A stretch of DNA of 64,000 nucleotides from Promethearchaeota archaeon (GTDB lineage: Archaea; Asgardarchaeota; Lokiarchaeia; Sigyniarchaeales; SOKP01), in the NCBI GenBank assembly GCA_030599585.1, contig JAUVNS010000003.1, positions 192,001 to 256,000 of the forward strand, written 5' to 3'. The notes below the pieces were generated by a model, which ran no database searches, was not told the DNA's origin, and was given only the letters and a program-made list of their open reading frames with translations. Numbering within the stretch: the first letter of the stretch is position 1; each line of letters starts with the position of its first letter. Shown in pieces: positions 29,016 to 39,159 of the stretch. Made by a program: the position numbers and the translations under genes.

Positions 29016-29167
29016 ATTCTCATTTATTATCGGATTAAAAACGATTAAAATTTGATTATTTTAAGAAATTTGTTAATCCCATAAACTATATTTTTAGTAA
29101 AATTAATAGTAATTATAAGAAGAACTTGAAATCTCACTGAATAAATTAAATTGCAAAATGATATATT

Positions 29168-30544
29168 ATGCCTTATAAAATCGCTTTTGATGTAGCACAT
29201 AAACCCAGAGGTAAACTCGACGAGAATCTCACAGAATTGCGAGATTTTTTAAACGCAAACGATTTTATGTGTTATAATTTCCTAGAAACCCCAATTACTC
29301 AAAATTCCCTTGAGCCTTTTGATATTTTAGTGTTTGTATGTCCCGATTTTGCAAAAATTACATCGATGGAAATAACTGAAATTAATAGTTGGGTAAGAAA
29401 TGACGGCGGGGGATTATTACTTCTTTCACATGCTGGTGGAGATAGAGGTAGAAACAGTAATTTAAGTGAATTGAGTCAAATGTATGGTATAATCTTTGAA
29501 AACGACCAAGTTTTAGATGAAACGTATAATCTAGGTATGGAAAACATGCCTATAATTACTTCTTTAATACCTCCACACCCAATTACAAATAGTATTAGTT
29601 CGATTTGTTATAGATCAGGCTGTTCGCTAAGCGTTTTAGGGAATTCTATATCAATAATTTCATCAAATGAAACCTCGGAACCTTTCTCTTCGGCTTTAGT
29701 CTGCGTTTCTGAACCAGATAAAGGTAGAGTGTGTGCTATTGGGAGTTATGAACTCTTTAGAGATCGTATAGGAGGGGGTTTCAATAATGACGAGCATCCA
29801 AATTTGGCATATAATATTTTTTCGTGGTTGATCTCCGATCATAGAATGGATTTACATTCGAGTGGAGCGGTCCCCGATATTGTTACTAAAAAACTTGAAT
29901 CCGATATCGGATCTTCAGATTACACTTCAGAAATATCTCAGTCATCCGTTCATGAAAAGAAAAACGTCGATATCGATTTTTCGATGAAAATTTCGAAAAA
30001 AAGCGAACTAGTAGAATTATTAAAAATATTTCAAAATCAAATCGACACGATAAAAACTACAATTGATAAACTGATCAAAACTACAATCGCTTCAGAAAAA
30101 GACATCTTAGAGCTCCGTAAACTCGCAGAAATTGTTCATGTGGAGGAGGAAAAAGTAATAAATGATTCAAAATCTAACGGATTCGATGATCTACTAAAAA
30201 CTAATGATTCTTTAACTGATTTACCGCCAAAACCAGAAAGTTTAAAATTTAAAGAAGAAGACGACTTTATCGGATTACCTAAATTCGGAGACACAAATAA
30301 ATTGAAACATGTTCCCAAACCAAATATTTCAAAAAAAGTTAAAAAGAGAGACCTGATAGCTGAAAAGAAAGCTTTAGAAGGTAAACTAAATTCGGTTCGA
30401 AATTTACTTGAGTTTATAGAAAAAAAGCATGATTCTGGAAACATGGATGGAAAATCTTTCAAGAAACGCGCCAGTCAACTTAAGAGTGATTTAATTACTA
30501 CTCAAAACAAGATCGAAGAAATTGATAAAAAATTAAAAAATTAG
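29168..30544 (+). CDS. GIFT/IFT52-like (GATase-like) domain plus coiled coil
   Basis: IAFDVAH, GGGLLLLSHAGGD..SNL..L...YGI.F.ND.V. Confidence 0.7.
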   Translation: MPYKIAFDVAHKPRGKLDENLTELRDFLNANDFMCYNFLETPITQNSLEPFDILVFVCPDFAKITSMEITEINSWVRNDGGGLLLLSHAGGDRGRNSNLSELSQMYGIIFENDQVLDETYNLGMENMPIITSLIPPHPITNSISSICYRSGCSLSVLGNSISIISSNETSEPFSSALVCVSEPDKGRVCAIGSYELFRDRIGGGFNNDEHPNLAYNIFSWLISDHRMDLHSSGAVPDIVTKKLESDIGSSDYTSEISQSSVHEKKNVDIDFSMKISKKSELVELLKIFQNQIDTIKTTIDKLIKTTIASEKDILELRKLAEIVHVEEEKVINDSKSNGFDDLLKTNDSLTDLPPKPESLKFKEEDDFIGLPKFGDTNKLKHVPKPNISKKVKKRDLIAEKKALEGKLNSVRNLLEFIEKKHDSGNMDGKSFKKRASQLKSDLITTQNKIEEIDKKLKN

Positions 30545-30566
30545 AATAGAGCACAATTTACATTTC

Positions 30567-31889
30567 TTAATTTTTAGGTTTAAAATCATCAGGAACATAT
30601 GGTTGTGCATACTTATTTACAATTTCAAAGAACTCTTTATCTCCAACGCCTTTTGATATTTTCTTTAATTCCTGTTTTATCAAATTAAAGGATTTTCTAA
30701 GTTCCTTTTTGGAAGTTTCCTCATGTGTTTTTTTCACTTCAGATACGATTTGCTTTATAATTGCATCTGGAATATCTAAATCCAAGACTTTAATTTTTTT
30801 TTGAAGAGCGTGTAAAATTGATTTGGAGCCTGAAAATTTTCCAAGATAGAATTTTCTTCTTCTTCCTACCATTTGTGGATTAATTGGCTCATATGTTAAA
30901 GGATGTGCTAAAATTGCTGCTATATGAAGTCCACTTTCATGAGAAAATGCATATTCTCCGACTATTGGTTTATTCAAAGCCAAAGGTTGGTTGAAGTATT
31001 TCTCACAGACTTCTGATAACTCTGGTAATCTTTTCAAATCAATGCCCGTATTAATCCCAAGTCGCTCTAAAATAGTAACGACTTCTTCTAAAGCAGCGTT
31101 TCCCGCTCTTTCTCCATACCCATTAATACATGTGTGTGGGTACGTACATCCTTCAATTACTCCCGTAATCGTATTCGCAACAGCTAAACCAAAATCATTG
31201 TGCGTGTGAATGCCCATAGGGATTTTTTTTTTAAGAGGGTCAATTATTTCCTTCTTAATGCGTTTATAAAGGTGAGATGTAGAGTAAGGCGTTAAGACAC
31301 CAACTGTATCTCCTAACACTATTCTTTCAGAGCCAGCTTCAATCGCCGTTTGAAACACGTTTTTCAAATGAGTAAAATCACATCGCGTTCCATCTTCAGA
31401 AACCCAATTTACTTTGAATCCGTTATCAGTTGCGTAATGAATTGCTTTAGTTATCATTTCTAACTGTTCTTCAGGTTTTTGTTTCAATGTTTTCCTAAAT
31501 ATTGGAGATATAGGCATAAAAATTACAATTTCTTTAAGGTCCGCTTCTATACACGCATCGATATCTTCCTTCTTTGGTCGAGCTATTCCGAGGATCGTGG
31601 CTTTTTCCAAGTTTTCACTAACGAGAGTTTTAACGATTTTTTTTTCGGTTTTAGATACAGCTGGAAAACCAACGGCAATTAATTTTACTCCAATTTCATC
31701 CATTAATTTTGCTAAATGGATTTTTTCGTCAAGTGTAAGATAAACAGTAGGACTTTGTTCGCCATCCCGCAAGGTTTCATCCCAAATACAGACTTGAGAT
31801 GGTATATCGAGATTCTGTTCTTCTAACGCAATTTTATTATAATCAACTAGTAAATGTTCTAGTTCTTCTTTTGAAAATTTATAGCTCAT
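30567..31889 (-). CDS. homocitrate/isopropylmalate synthase family (DRE-TIM)
   Basis: DETLRDGEQ, HTHNDFGLAVAN, GYGERAGN, FSHESGLH. Confidence 0.93.
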   Translation of the reverse strand: MSYKFSKEELEHLLVDYNKIALEEQNLDIPSQVCIWDETLRDGEQSPTVYLTLDEKIHLAKLMDEIGVKLIAVGFPAVSKTEKKIVKTLVSENLEKATILGIARPKKEDIDACIEADLKEIVIFMPISPIFRKTLKQKPEEQLEMITKAIHYATDNGFKVNWVSEDGTRCDFTHLKNVFQTAIEAGSERIVLGDTVGVLTPYSTSHLYKRIKKEIIDPLKKKIPMGIHTHNDFGLAVANTITGVIEGCTYPHTCINGYGERAGNAALEEVVTILERLGINTGIDLKRLPELSEVCEKYFNQPLALNKPIVGEYAFSHESGLHIAAILAHPLTYEPINPQMVGRRRKFYLGKFSGSKSILHALQKKIKVLDLDIPDAIIKQIVSEVKKTHEETSKKELRKSFNLIKQELKKISKGVGDKEFFEIVNKYAQPYVPDDFKPKN

Positions 31890-31989
31890 TTCAATTTCTA
31901 AGAATAATCTAAAATAAATAAATTAAATTATTTAATGGGAATTCAATATTATTAAAAATTTTTTTTTTGTAAAACAAAGCAAAACATGT

Positions 31990-32475
31990 TTAGTTGTGTT
32001 CGTGACCACAACCGCATTCGTGAGCTTCATGCAAATCTGGTTCACATCCTGTTTCTAAAATTTTTATTTTGAAATGAAGAGTTTTTCCTGCTAATGGATG
32101 ATTCATATCTATTTTAATAAATTTGTCTTCTACTTCTTTAACCCAAGCCATGGAATGGGTCCCATTTGCATCACCAACTCCGAGCATCATACCCGGCTCC
32201 GGATCTAAATCCTTTGGCAGTTGGTCGTTGCTAATAGTTTGAACTAGTAAAGGATCAATTTCGCCATAAGCTTCAGAGGCGCTTAATGTAATTTCAAATT
32301 CGTTTCCAACATCTTTACCTAATACTGCATCATCAAATCCTTTAATCATCATACTTGAGCCGACTTCAAACTTTAATGCTTCTCCGCCTTGAAGCTCGGT
32401 GCTATCGAATATGGTTCTGTCTTCTAATCTTCCCTCGTATGCAACTTTGATGATATCGCCTTTCTTAATCGCCAT
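31990..32475 (-). CDS. slyD: FKBP-type peptidyl-prolyl isomerase (SlyD-like)
   Basis: YEGRL..FDST, DMNHPLAGKTL, His/Cys-rich tail. Confidence 0.93.
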   Translation of the reverse strand: MAIKKGDIIKVAYEGRLEDRTIFDSTELQGGEALKFEVGSSMMIKGFDDAVLGKDVGNEFEITLSASEAYGEIDPLLVQTISNDQLPKDLDPEPGMMLGVGDANGTHSMAWVKEVEDKFIKIDMNHPLAGKTLHFKIKILETGCEPDLHEAHECGCGHEHN

Positions 32476-32619
32476 AATACATCCAATTTTTAAATAAGTA
32501 ATAGAATAATAGAATTATCCATTATTACTTAACTGTTTATATTTTAGAAATTCTTCCCTAATTCTGGACTTTATTGAATAAAAATAAAAGATATTAAGAT
32601 ACAAAGATATATTTAGAAA

Positions 32620-33600
32620 ATGAATGAAAGGAATTTTCAACTATTTTTAGAAGAGAATGAAGTTGATACCGATACAATAGAAAACTTTCTTTCAAAGCTG
32701 AGAGACTATGAAAACTTTCTCAATAAAGAAAACTTAAATCTCGACTCTGTAAATCCTAAAAAACTAGTTGAGTATACTGAATACTTGGTGTCTACTAATA
32801 AAGAGTCTGTTCTTGATTTTTTAAGAGCTATCTTGAGTTATGCTAATTATTCGAAGAAGTATGATTTTATTACCGAAACTATTGATATTGTTGAATCTTA
32901 TAACGCAATGGATAACTTGTTCTCAAGAATTGCTGAAATTCATGGAGAGCAAATGAGGGACAAAATTTTTAGAGATTTAAATATCCCTCTATTAGGAGTG
33001 CATCCTGAAAAAAAACCGAGTTTTACCAAAAACATTATGAGAAGATTGGAGGATAATCTTGGATATGAAGACACAATCGCACTTCTTTCGCCTTGTCTCC
33101 ATGGTCGTCCCCCTGATGATATTAAAGGAGATAAAAAAAACCTTGCGGAATTGGGAATTGATGGATTTTTACTCAAAAAACACAAGGATTTAATAAAAAG
33201 GCTTGAGAAGCATAAAGACGAAGGAACTCTAGAGTTTGCCCAGCTCGTGGATGATGAAGTAATCGAATTTGTAAGAAATAACCAAATGTTCGTAGGAGTA
33301 AGAAAAGAAAATATCATTTATACTAGCAAAGTCCCCTATCAAACTAAGAAATTTTTAACAGTCAAGGATGAAAACATGAAGAAATTTTATCTTTGTTACT
33401 GTCCTTGGATTCGAAGTGCTTTGAAAGAGGAAGCTGATAACGAAATCTTAAAAAAGTTCTGTCACTGTAGTGCAGGTTGGTACAAACTGTATTGGGATCA
33501 GATTTTTGAGCAATCCATATTGGTAGAACCCATTAAAACGGGTTTAAATGGAGATCTTGAATGCACATTTGCAATCCATTTACCCGCAGATATCAAATGA
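32620..33600 (+). CDS. Cys-rich V4R/DUF6144-like hypothetical protein
   Basis: CYCPW, FCHCSAGW, ECTF. Confidence 0.6.
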   Translation: MNERNFQLFLEENEVDTDTIENFLSKLRDYENFLNKENLNLDSVNPKKLVEYTEYLVSTNKESVLDFLRAILSYANYSKKYDFITETIDIVESYNAMDNLFSRIAEIHGEQMRDKIFRDLNIPLLGVHPEKKPSFTKNIMRRLEDNLGYEDTIALLSPCLHGRPPDDIKGDKKNLAELGIDGFLLKKHKDLIKRLEKHKDEGTLEFAQLVDDEVIEFVRNNQMFVGVRKENIIYTSKVPYQTKKFLTVKDENMKKFYLCYCPWIRSALKEEADNEILKKFCHCSAGWYKLYWDQIFEQSILVEPIKTGLNGDLECTFAIHLPADIK

Positions 33601-33653
33601 AAGTAAGTAGGCCTATTAACTCTCTTCTTTAAGGAAATTATTAATTTATTAAT

Positions 33654-34469
33654 CTAGCTTTTTGAAAATCCCCCATGATGGAATTCAATTTTATAAATAA
33701 GTTTCAACTTTTTGCAATAAGCATCTATTTCTGATTCAATAGAATCCCATTGAGAATGATCTTTCCTGAATTCTTTATACATGGGTAAAAATTCAGGATT
33801 TGATTGCTTTATAATGTTTAAAATTCTTGGAATATTATGTGGTCTGAAGTTTAAATTTTCAAACATATATGAATCTGTATAATCCATCGTTTCTTCTATG
33901 ATCGCTTTGTAATTAGTAATTTTTGGAAAAAATGGTGAAATAAAGGTATATGTTTTTATTCCGCTTTCGTGTATTTCTTTTAATGCTTCTAATCGTTCTT
34001 TTGGCCTTGAAGCTCCTCGTTCAATCAATCGAGCGAAATCGTTATCTAAGGTGCTGATTGAAATACCTACTTCAAGATTTTCAAATTTTTTAAAAAGATC
34101 AATATCTCTTATAACAAATTTAGATTTTGTCAAAATTGAGATTTCTGCTTTGGTTCCTACAAGGTTTTCAAGAATTTTGCGCGTATTTTTATACTTTAAC
34201 TCTAAAGGAGTGTAGGGATCAGTTACAGAGCTAAGTAATATTCTCTTTCCATCGTATCTTTGCGGTTTAATTTTATCAAATTCGTAGGTTTTGACATCCA
34301 AGAATTCGCCCCATTTATCACCTTTGTGCCCCGTAAACCTTATCATGAATTCAGCATAGCAGTAAATACACCCATGTTGGCAACCAACGTAAGGATTAAT
34401 AACAAAATCAATTTTGGGGATGTTACTCTTGGTAATTATGTTCTTAGCTTCTCGATAATTTATATTCAT
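33654..34469 (-). CDS. radical SAM protein, SPL-like DNA-repair family
   Basis: NPYVGCQHGCIYCYA, SSVTDPY, ILTKS. Confidence 0.9.
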   Translation of the reverse strand: MNINYREAKNIITKSNIPKIDFVINPYVGCQHGCIYCYAEFMIRFTGHKGDKWGEFLDVKTYEFDKIKPQRYDGKRILLSSVTDPYTPLELKYKNTRKILENLVGTKAEISILTKSKFVIRDIDLFKKFENLEVGISISTLDNDFARLIERGASRPKERLEALKEIHESGIKTYTFISPFFPKITNYKAIIEETMDYTDSYMFENLNFRPHNIPRILNIIKQSNPEFLPMYKEFRKDHSQWDSIESEIDAYCKKLKLIYKIEFHHGGFSKS

Positions 34470-34585
34470 ACTATTGAAATAAGATAATGTAAATTAAATT
34501 GAATATCTTAGTTAACTATTTTTTTTAAGATAAATCTATTATATGCTTAAAATTAATATACATAAAAAATTAGACTAGGATTTTT

Positions 34586-34729
34586 ATGCCATTAAAATTA
34601 TTTGAAAATGATAGAACCAACAAAATCGTCCTCTATATTATTCTAACAGCGTTAATAGCTACTTCGGCTATATTGGTCTCTGTACTAGTAATATATTTAA
34701 TCTCACTTGAAGAAACCGGAGGAGGATGA
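34586..34729 (+). CDS. small single-pass membrane protein (47 aa, not in ORF track)
   Basis: MPLKLFENDRTNKIVLYIILTALIATSAILVSVLVIYLISLEETGGG. Confidence 0.6.
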   Translation: MPLKLFENDRTNKIVLYIILTALIATSAILVSVLVIYLISLEETGGG

Positions 34730-34966
34730 CCGAGTACATGCAGTATCTACATAAATTTAGTTTTAAGAACAATTTTATGAAAAGAATGACTTTTGCGAAA
34801 AAATTTTAGTCGCAAGACGACTTGCCCTGCAAGGGTTCATAAAAAATAATGCTAATAATATCTTATATAATATGTAGTATTTATTTTATTCAACTATTAA
34901 TTAACATAACTCTTATAAGAGTTTAAAACCTCTTTATCACACAAATTTGAATAGCTGTGCTTTATA

Positions 34967-35770
34967 ATGTCGAAAGAAACTCCCGATAATGTTAAAAATT
35001 CTTTACGCGCAATAGGATTGACCGACTATGAGATCTCTATATATCTCACTTTAATTTCTAAAGGACCTATGGATGCAAGGGAGCTCTCAGATGCATCGGG
35101 TGTTCCCTATTCTCGAATATACAATATTTTAACTCAATTAGAAAAGGAAAAAATGTTCATTCTCAGAGAAGAAAATACTCGTCCGTCGACTTATTTTGCA
35201 AAGAGTCCTGATGAAGTGCTAATTATTGCAAAGAAACAACTTAACGATAATTTTGATAAACACTCAAACAAAATCATCCACATGCTCAAACCTGTTTACG
35301 AATCTCATGACACTCCCATAAAAATTGCTTTATATGTTCACCGAGGACGTGACGTATGTATCGGTCGTAGTATAGATTTAATCCATCGGGCTAAGAATTC
35401 TCTTTACTTCGTTGCTCCCTATTATGAATTTTTGGAAGTATTTTATGAAGATGTTAAAAAAGCAAGAGCTAGAGGGGTTATTGATATAAAAATGCTTATT
35501 GAAGAAGAAGCAATGAAAGAAAAAAATTTTAGAGACATAATCGAAAAATATAGCGAAATCTCTGAAATTCGCTCTCGCAATCAAGTATTTGGAGCAAGCG
35601 TAGTAATGGATGAAGGAGAAGACGCTTTTATTATACTGACACAAGGTTTTTTCAAAGCATTAAGCTATTTCGGTGTAGCTACTGATCATATCGCCTTTGG
35701 ACCCGCAAGCAACTTTTATTTCGACTATTTATATAAATCAGCAAAACCACTTAAAAATACGAAGAAATAA
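34967..35770 (+). CDS. trmB: TrmB family transcriptional regulator
   Basis: GLTDYE..IY..L..GP..A.ELS..SGVPYSRIY. Confidence 0.93.
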   Translation: MSKETPDNVKNSLRAIGLTDYEISIYLTLISKGPMDARELSDASGVPYSRIYNILTQLEKEKMFILREENTRPSTYFAKSPDEVLIIAKKQLNDNFDKHSNKIIHMLKPVYESHDTPIKIALYVHRGRDVCIGRSIDLIHRAKNSLYFVAPYYEFLEVFYEDVKKARARGVIDIKMLIEEEAMKEKNFRDIIEKYSEISEIRSRNQVFGASVVMDEGEDAFIILTQGFFKALSYFGVATDHIAFGPASNFYFDYLYKSAKPLKNTKK

Positions 35771-35795
35771 CAAATTCACTTGATTTACCGTCTTA

Positions 35796-37805
35796 TTAAT
35801 TCTCTTTTCCGTTAAAAACAGGGATAATTATATGTGATGGGTGATCCTTATCGTGATATATTGTTTGGGTGGCGATTTGGTATTTCATTTGATTTTTTTT
35901 CCCAGCAAGATTAGAATTAACATCAAATCTTGGAAAATTACTTGAAGTAATCTCTAACCGTATTTTATGATTCTTTGGAAAGAAAATAGCAATGGATCCG
36001 ATTACAATTTCGAATTTATAAATCTTATTAGGGTTAACTAATTCAGGTGCGTCCAAATTACCGCTACGATAACGTGTTCTAATTCCAGAGTCAATTAAAT
36101 TTATAGATTTTTTATTGTTTGGGTAAACATCGACTAATTTAACCATAAAATCAGTATCTTCTACGGTAGTTGAAGCGTAAAATATTATTTTTACCTCTCC
36201 AATTATTTCCAAACCTTTTTCAAGGGCATTAGTGGTGAAAATTAGAATATCTTCACCTCTTTCAATATCAGTCTGATCTTGAGGGCCACTCAATAAGAAT
36301 AAATTTCTTCCCCCTTTAGTAATCACTGGATTGGAAGGGTCAAATAGGTATTGATCTGGTGGTTCTTCTTTAGGTCTGTTTTTAGAAAGAAAACCATCTC
36401 CGTTTAAGCTATTACTCTTTCCATTTGAGTGAAGAAATAACTTTACATCAGTTGAAGTCGGAGGCCATTTATAGAATTCTCTCCAAATATCCTTGTTTAA
36501 TATATATATCTGTAATGGAGGAATTTCAGATAAAAGCGATTGGTCCCCTTTTAAACAACAATCGTACCACCAGAAAGGGAGGATTTTTTGGAAGAACCTA
36601 AAATCGTCTTTTAAATGAGTATATTTCAATGGCTTTGAAAAAAACTTATCCATATTTATATGACTCCACGGGCCAATAATCATTTTAAACTTTTCTCTGA
36701 AAAAATCTGGAGCGTTTTGTTGTATTAACACAACATCTCGCATCATGTGCTCAATGAACATGTCATACCACCCCCCTATAAATAACATGGGTGTCTTTAA
36801 TTCATAGTTGAGTCCAAAAGCGTATGGAGATAGGTCGTAGTTGTGAAAGATATTCCTTTTATAGAACATTTCCTTTATCAGTTTTGTAAACGATCCATCA
36901 TCCATCCTTGAAACATCGACATCTGTTTTATACACTCTATTCATCATTTTAATCGAGTATTTGGGCTTATCGAAATTTGCCATATCTGACAACTTTGGCT
37001 TTTTAGAGTCTAAAGGTTCGTTATAAAAACTATTAGAAGGATTGAAAAAGAGTTGTTTGTAGTATCCATCCTTATCCCATTTGTCAAAATCCATCGTGGT
37101 TAATTTTTTCATTTTCGCAGTAGAAATCATTATTAAATATATAGCTCCTGATAACCCAACAGGATATAAGCCGCCAGGGTGCCAAAATACATTGGAATAA
37201 GAGCTATGGATAGGATTTAAACAAGCCAGTAAATTATCATTATCCCAAGATACGGCTAGTTGAGTTATTCCTAAATACGATAATCCCCACATTCCTATTT
37301 TCTTATTATACCAAAAGCGACGAGTGATCCATCGTAGTGTTTCGATTCCATCTTGGCGTTCATACATATATAGTGAATTAGTACCATACTTACTTGATTG
37401 CCCGCAGCCTCGAATATCTTGAATCACAGCGACATACCCTTTAGAGGCGATAAAATATCCTAAAATGCTTAGACTATCTTTCCAATAAGGTAGTCTTACT
37501 AGAATAGTCGGCCCCCTTCCTTTTTTTTTGTAAAGTTCTTTAGGTATGTAAATATCTGTGGCTAATTTTCCTCCATCTTCAAGCTCTATCAAAGCTTCTT
37601 TTAGTCTAATAGAACTAGTTTCTGGTAAAAAATTGACATTTTGGAGTCTTTTTGATCGCCCAATTACTTCAAAAATTTTAAATAGTGGAGAATAAATATA
37701 ATCCACAAGAAATGCCATGCGAATAAATATAGAACTTAAAGGGTCTAGAATTGTCGGTAATTTCAAACCGATCTTTATCTCTTTAGGATTAAACTTTCTT
37801 TTCAT
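35796..37805 (-). CDS. CocE/NonD family hydrolase
   Basis: LATDIY.P, QDIRG, GLSYLG nucleophile, GGWYD, IGPWSH, SSNFPRF. Confidence 0.93.
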   Translation of the reverse strand: MKRKFNPKEIKIGLKLPTILDPLSSIFIRMAFLVDYIYSPLFKIFEVIGRSKRLQNVNFLPETSSIRLKEALIELEDGGKLATDIYIPKELYKKKGRGPTILVRLPYWKDSLSILGYFIASKGYVAVIQDIRGCGQSSKYGTNSLYMYERQDGIETLRWITRRFWYNKKIGMWGLSYLGITQLAVSWDNDNLLACLNPIHSSYSNVFWHPGGLYPVGLSGAIYLIMISTAKMKKLTTMDFDKWDKDGYYKQLFFNPSNSFYNEPLDSKKPKLSDMANFDKPKYSIKMMNRVYKTDVDVSRMDDGSFTKLIKEMFYKRNIFHNYDLSPYAFGLNYELKTPMLFIGGWYDMFIEHMMRDVVLIQQNAPDFFREKFKMIIGPWSHINMDKFFSKPLKYTHLKDDFRFFQKILPFWWYDCCLKGDQSLLSEIPPLQIYILNKDIWREFYKWPPTSTDVKLFLHSNGKSNSLNGDGFLSKNRPKEEPPDQYLFDPSNPVITKGGRNLFLLSGPQDQTDIERGEDILIFTTNALEKGLEIIGEVKIIFYASTTVEDTDFMVKLVDVYPNNKKSINLIDSGIRTRYRSGNLDAPELVNPNKIYKFEIVIGSIAIFFPKNHKIRLEITSSNFPRFDVNSNLAGKKNQMKYQIATQTIYHDKDHPSHIIIPVFNGKEN

Positions 37806-37849
37806 ACTCTAGAATGAATATAAATTTAAAGATTTTTGAATTTAACTGT

Positions 37850-38128
37850 TTACCATGTAATTGTAATTGCTTTTTCGGGGCAAACTTCGACACATTTAAA
37901 ACAACGACTGCAGAGTGAGCCCCAAATAGGCGTGATTCTCCAATCTTGAGGATCATACATATCTTTTTGCTTCTTCTCAGTACCTAACGTTTCGTGCATA
38001 ATAAATACCGCTGGATCACACGCTCTCATACACAAACCGCAGTTTCTGGGATCAATTTTTCCTTTTTCCCCACAAATAGAATACTCTATTTTTATCCTAG
38101 TTCTTTTCTTTTTCTTTGCTTTGCTCAT
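37850..38128 (-). CDS. ferredoxin, 2x[4Fe-4S]-type with insertions
   Basis: C..(insert)..CGLCMRAC and CSRCFKCVEVCP. Confidence 0.85.
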   Translation of the reverse strand: MSKAKKKKRTRIKIEYSICGEKGKIDPRNCGLCMRACDPAVFIMHETLGTEKKQKDMYDPQDWRITPIWGSLCSRCFKCVEVCPEKAITITW

Positions 38129-38136
38129 ATAATCAC

Positions 38137-39006
38137 CTAATAGGTTCCATCAAATCCCGGATATTCTTCTCTGGGAATTAATTTTAATGCATCATGTTTA
38201 CAAGCGTGACGGCAAACACCGCATCCATAACATTTATTATAGTCGATTATAACTCTATCCATTGAAGGAATAAACCGAATAGCGCTTAATTGACATGTGG
38301 CAACGCATGATTTACATCCTTGGCATTTATCCTGATCCAATTGAATAATATATTCCGCTTTATACATCACATTTATATCGAAATTGTTGCGTAATGTAAA
38401 CGCTCCACATTCAGGACTCTCACAAGAGCAAACTGCATTTATATACGGTATTGGTTGGAACCAAACGCTTGAAATGTAACCCTTTTTATTGAATTCTTCC
38501 AATTTTTCAATTGCAGTCTCTCGGTCAATCCTTACTACTCTGTCTTTCGGTATGAAGCGAGGTAATTTTTCGAGGACCTCTGACAAAACCCCAAAGTTTA
38601 TGCAGACAGCTTCCTTCTTTTTTCTCTGCATCCAACGACACATACAATAATTACATATTATAGGCTCAGCCGCAAGTTCTGACATAATAATTTGAGCATC
38701 CTCTAAGGGTATTACTTGACCAAAATGGCCATCAGCCCTTACGGGATTTCTCCTTTTTTTCTGGCTGTGAATCATGTTTTCAGCCCTCCAGCGAAGAACT
38801 TTCCCAATAATCGGCATCTTCAACTTATACCCGAGATCTTTAGAAGAAAAACCCATTATTTTTCTAATATAGACTTGCTCAAAATTCATCCATTGCTCTG
38901 TCAAGTAATCTTTCATGTTACTTTCTTCAGCAAGCTCATTGGAGTAATTTCTGGCATTCATATACCATTTTTTACCCGCTCCGTGAGACATACACCACTG
39001 GCACAT
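38137..39006 (-). CDS. 4Fe-4S dicluster protein with Cys-rich N-terminal domain
   Basis: MCQWC, CMCR, CSC..C, CQGCKSCVATC, CYGCGVCRHAC. Confidence 0.85.
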   Translation of the reverse strand: MCQWCMSHGAGKKWYMNARNYSNELAEESNMKDYLTEQWMNFEQVYIRKIMGFSSKDLGYKLKMPIIGKVLRWRAENMIHSQKKRRNPVRADGHFGQVIPLEDAQIIMSELAAEPIICNYCMCRWMQRKKKEAVCINFGVLSEVLEKLPRFIPKDRVVRIDRETAIEKLEEFNKKGYISSVWFQPIPYINAVCSCESPECGAFTLRNNFDINVMYKAEYIIQLDQDKCQGCKSCVATCQLSAIRFIPSMDRVIIDYNKCYGCGVCRHACKHDALKLIPREEYPGFDGTY

Positions 39007-39159
39007 AAATTAATCCCTTTTTATCTTTAATTTTATTTCCTAATTCTATTAATAAAAATTTGGCTTTTTACTTTATAAAGCTATTTCTTTGCTATTTTTT
39101 AACACAAATGGAAGCCTAAAATAAAATTGATTTATTCTTTGCTTGTTTTTAATTATACA

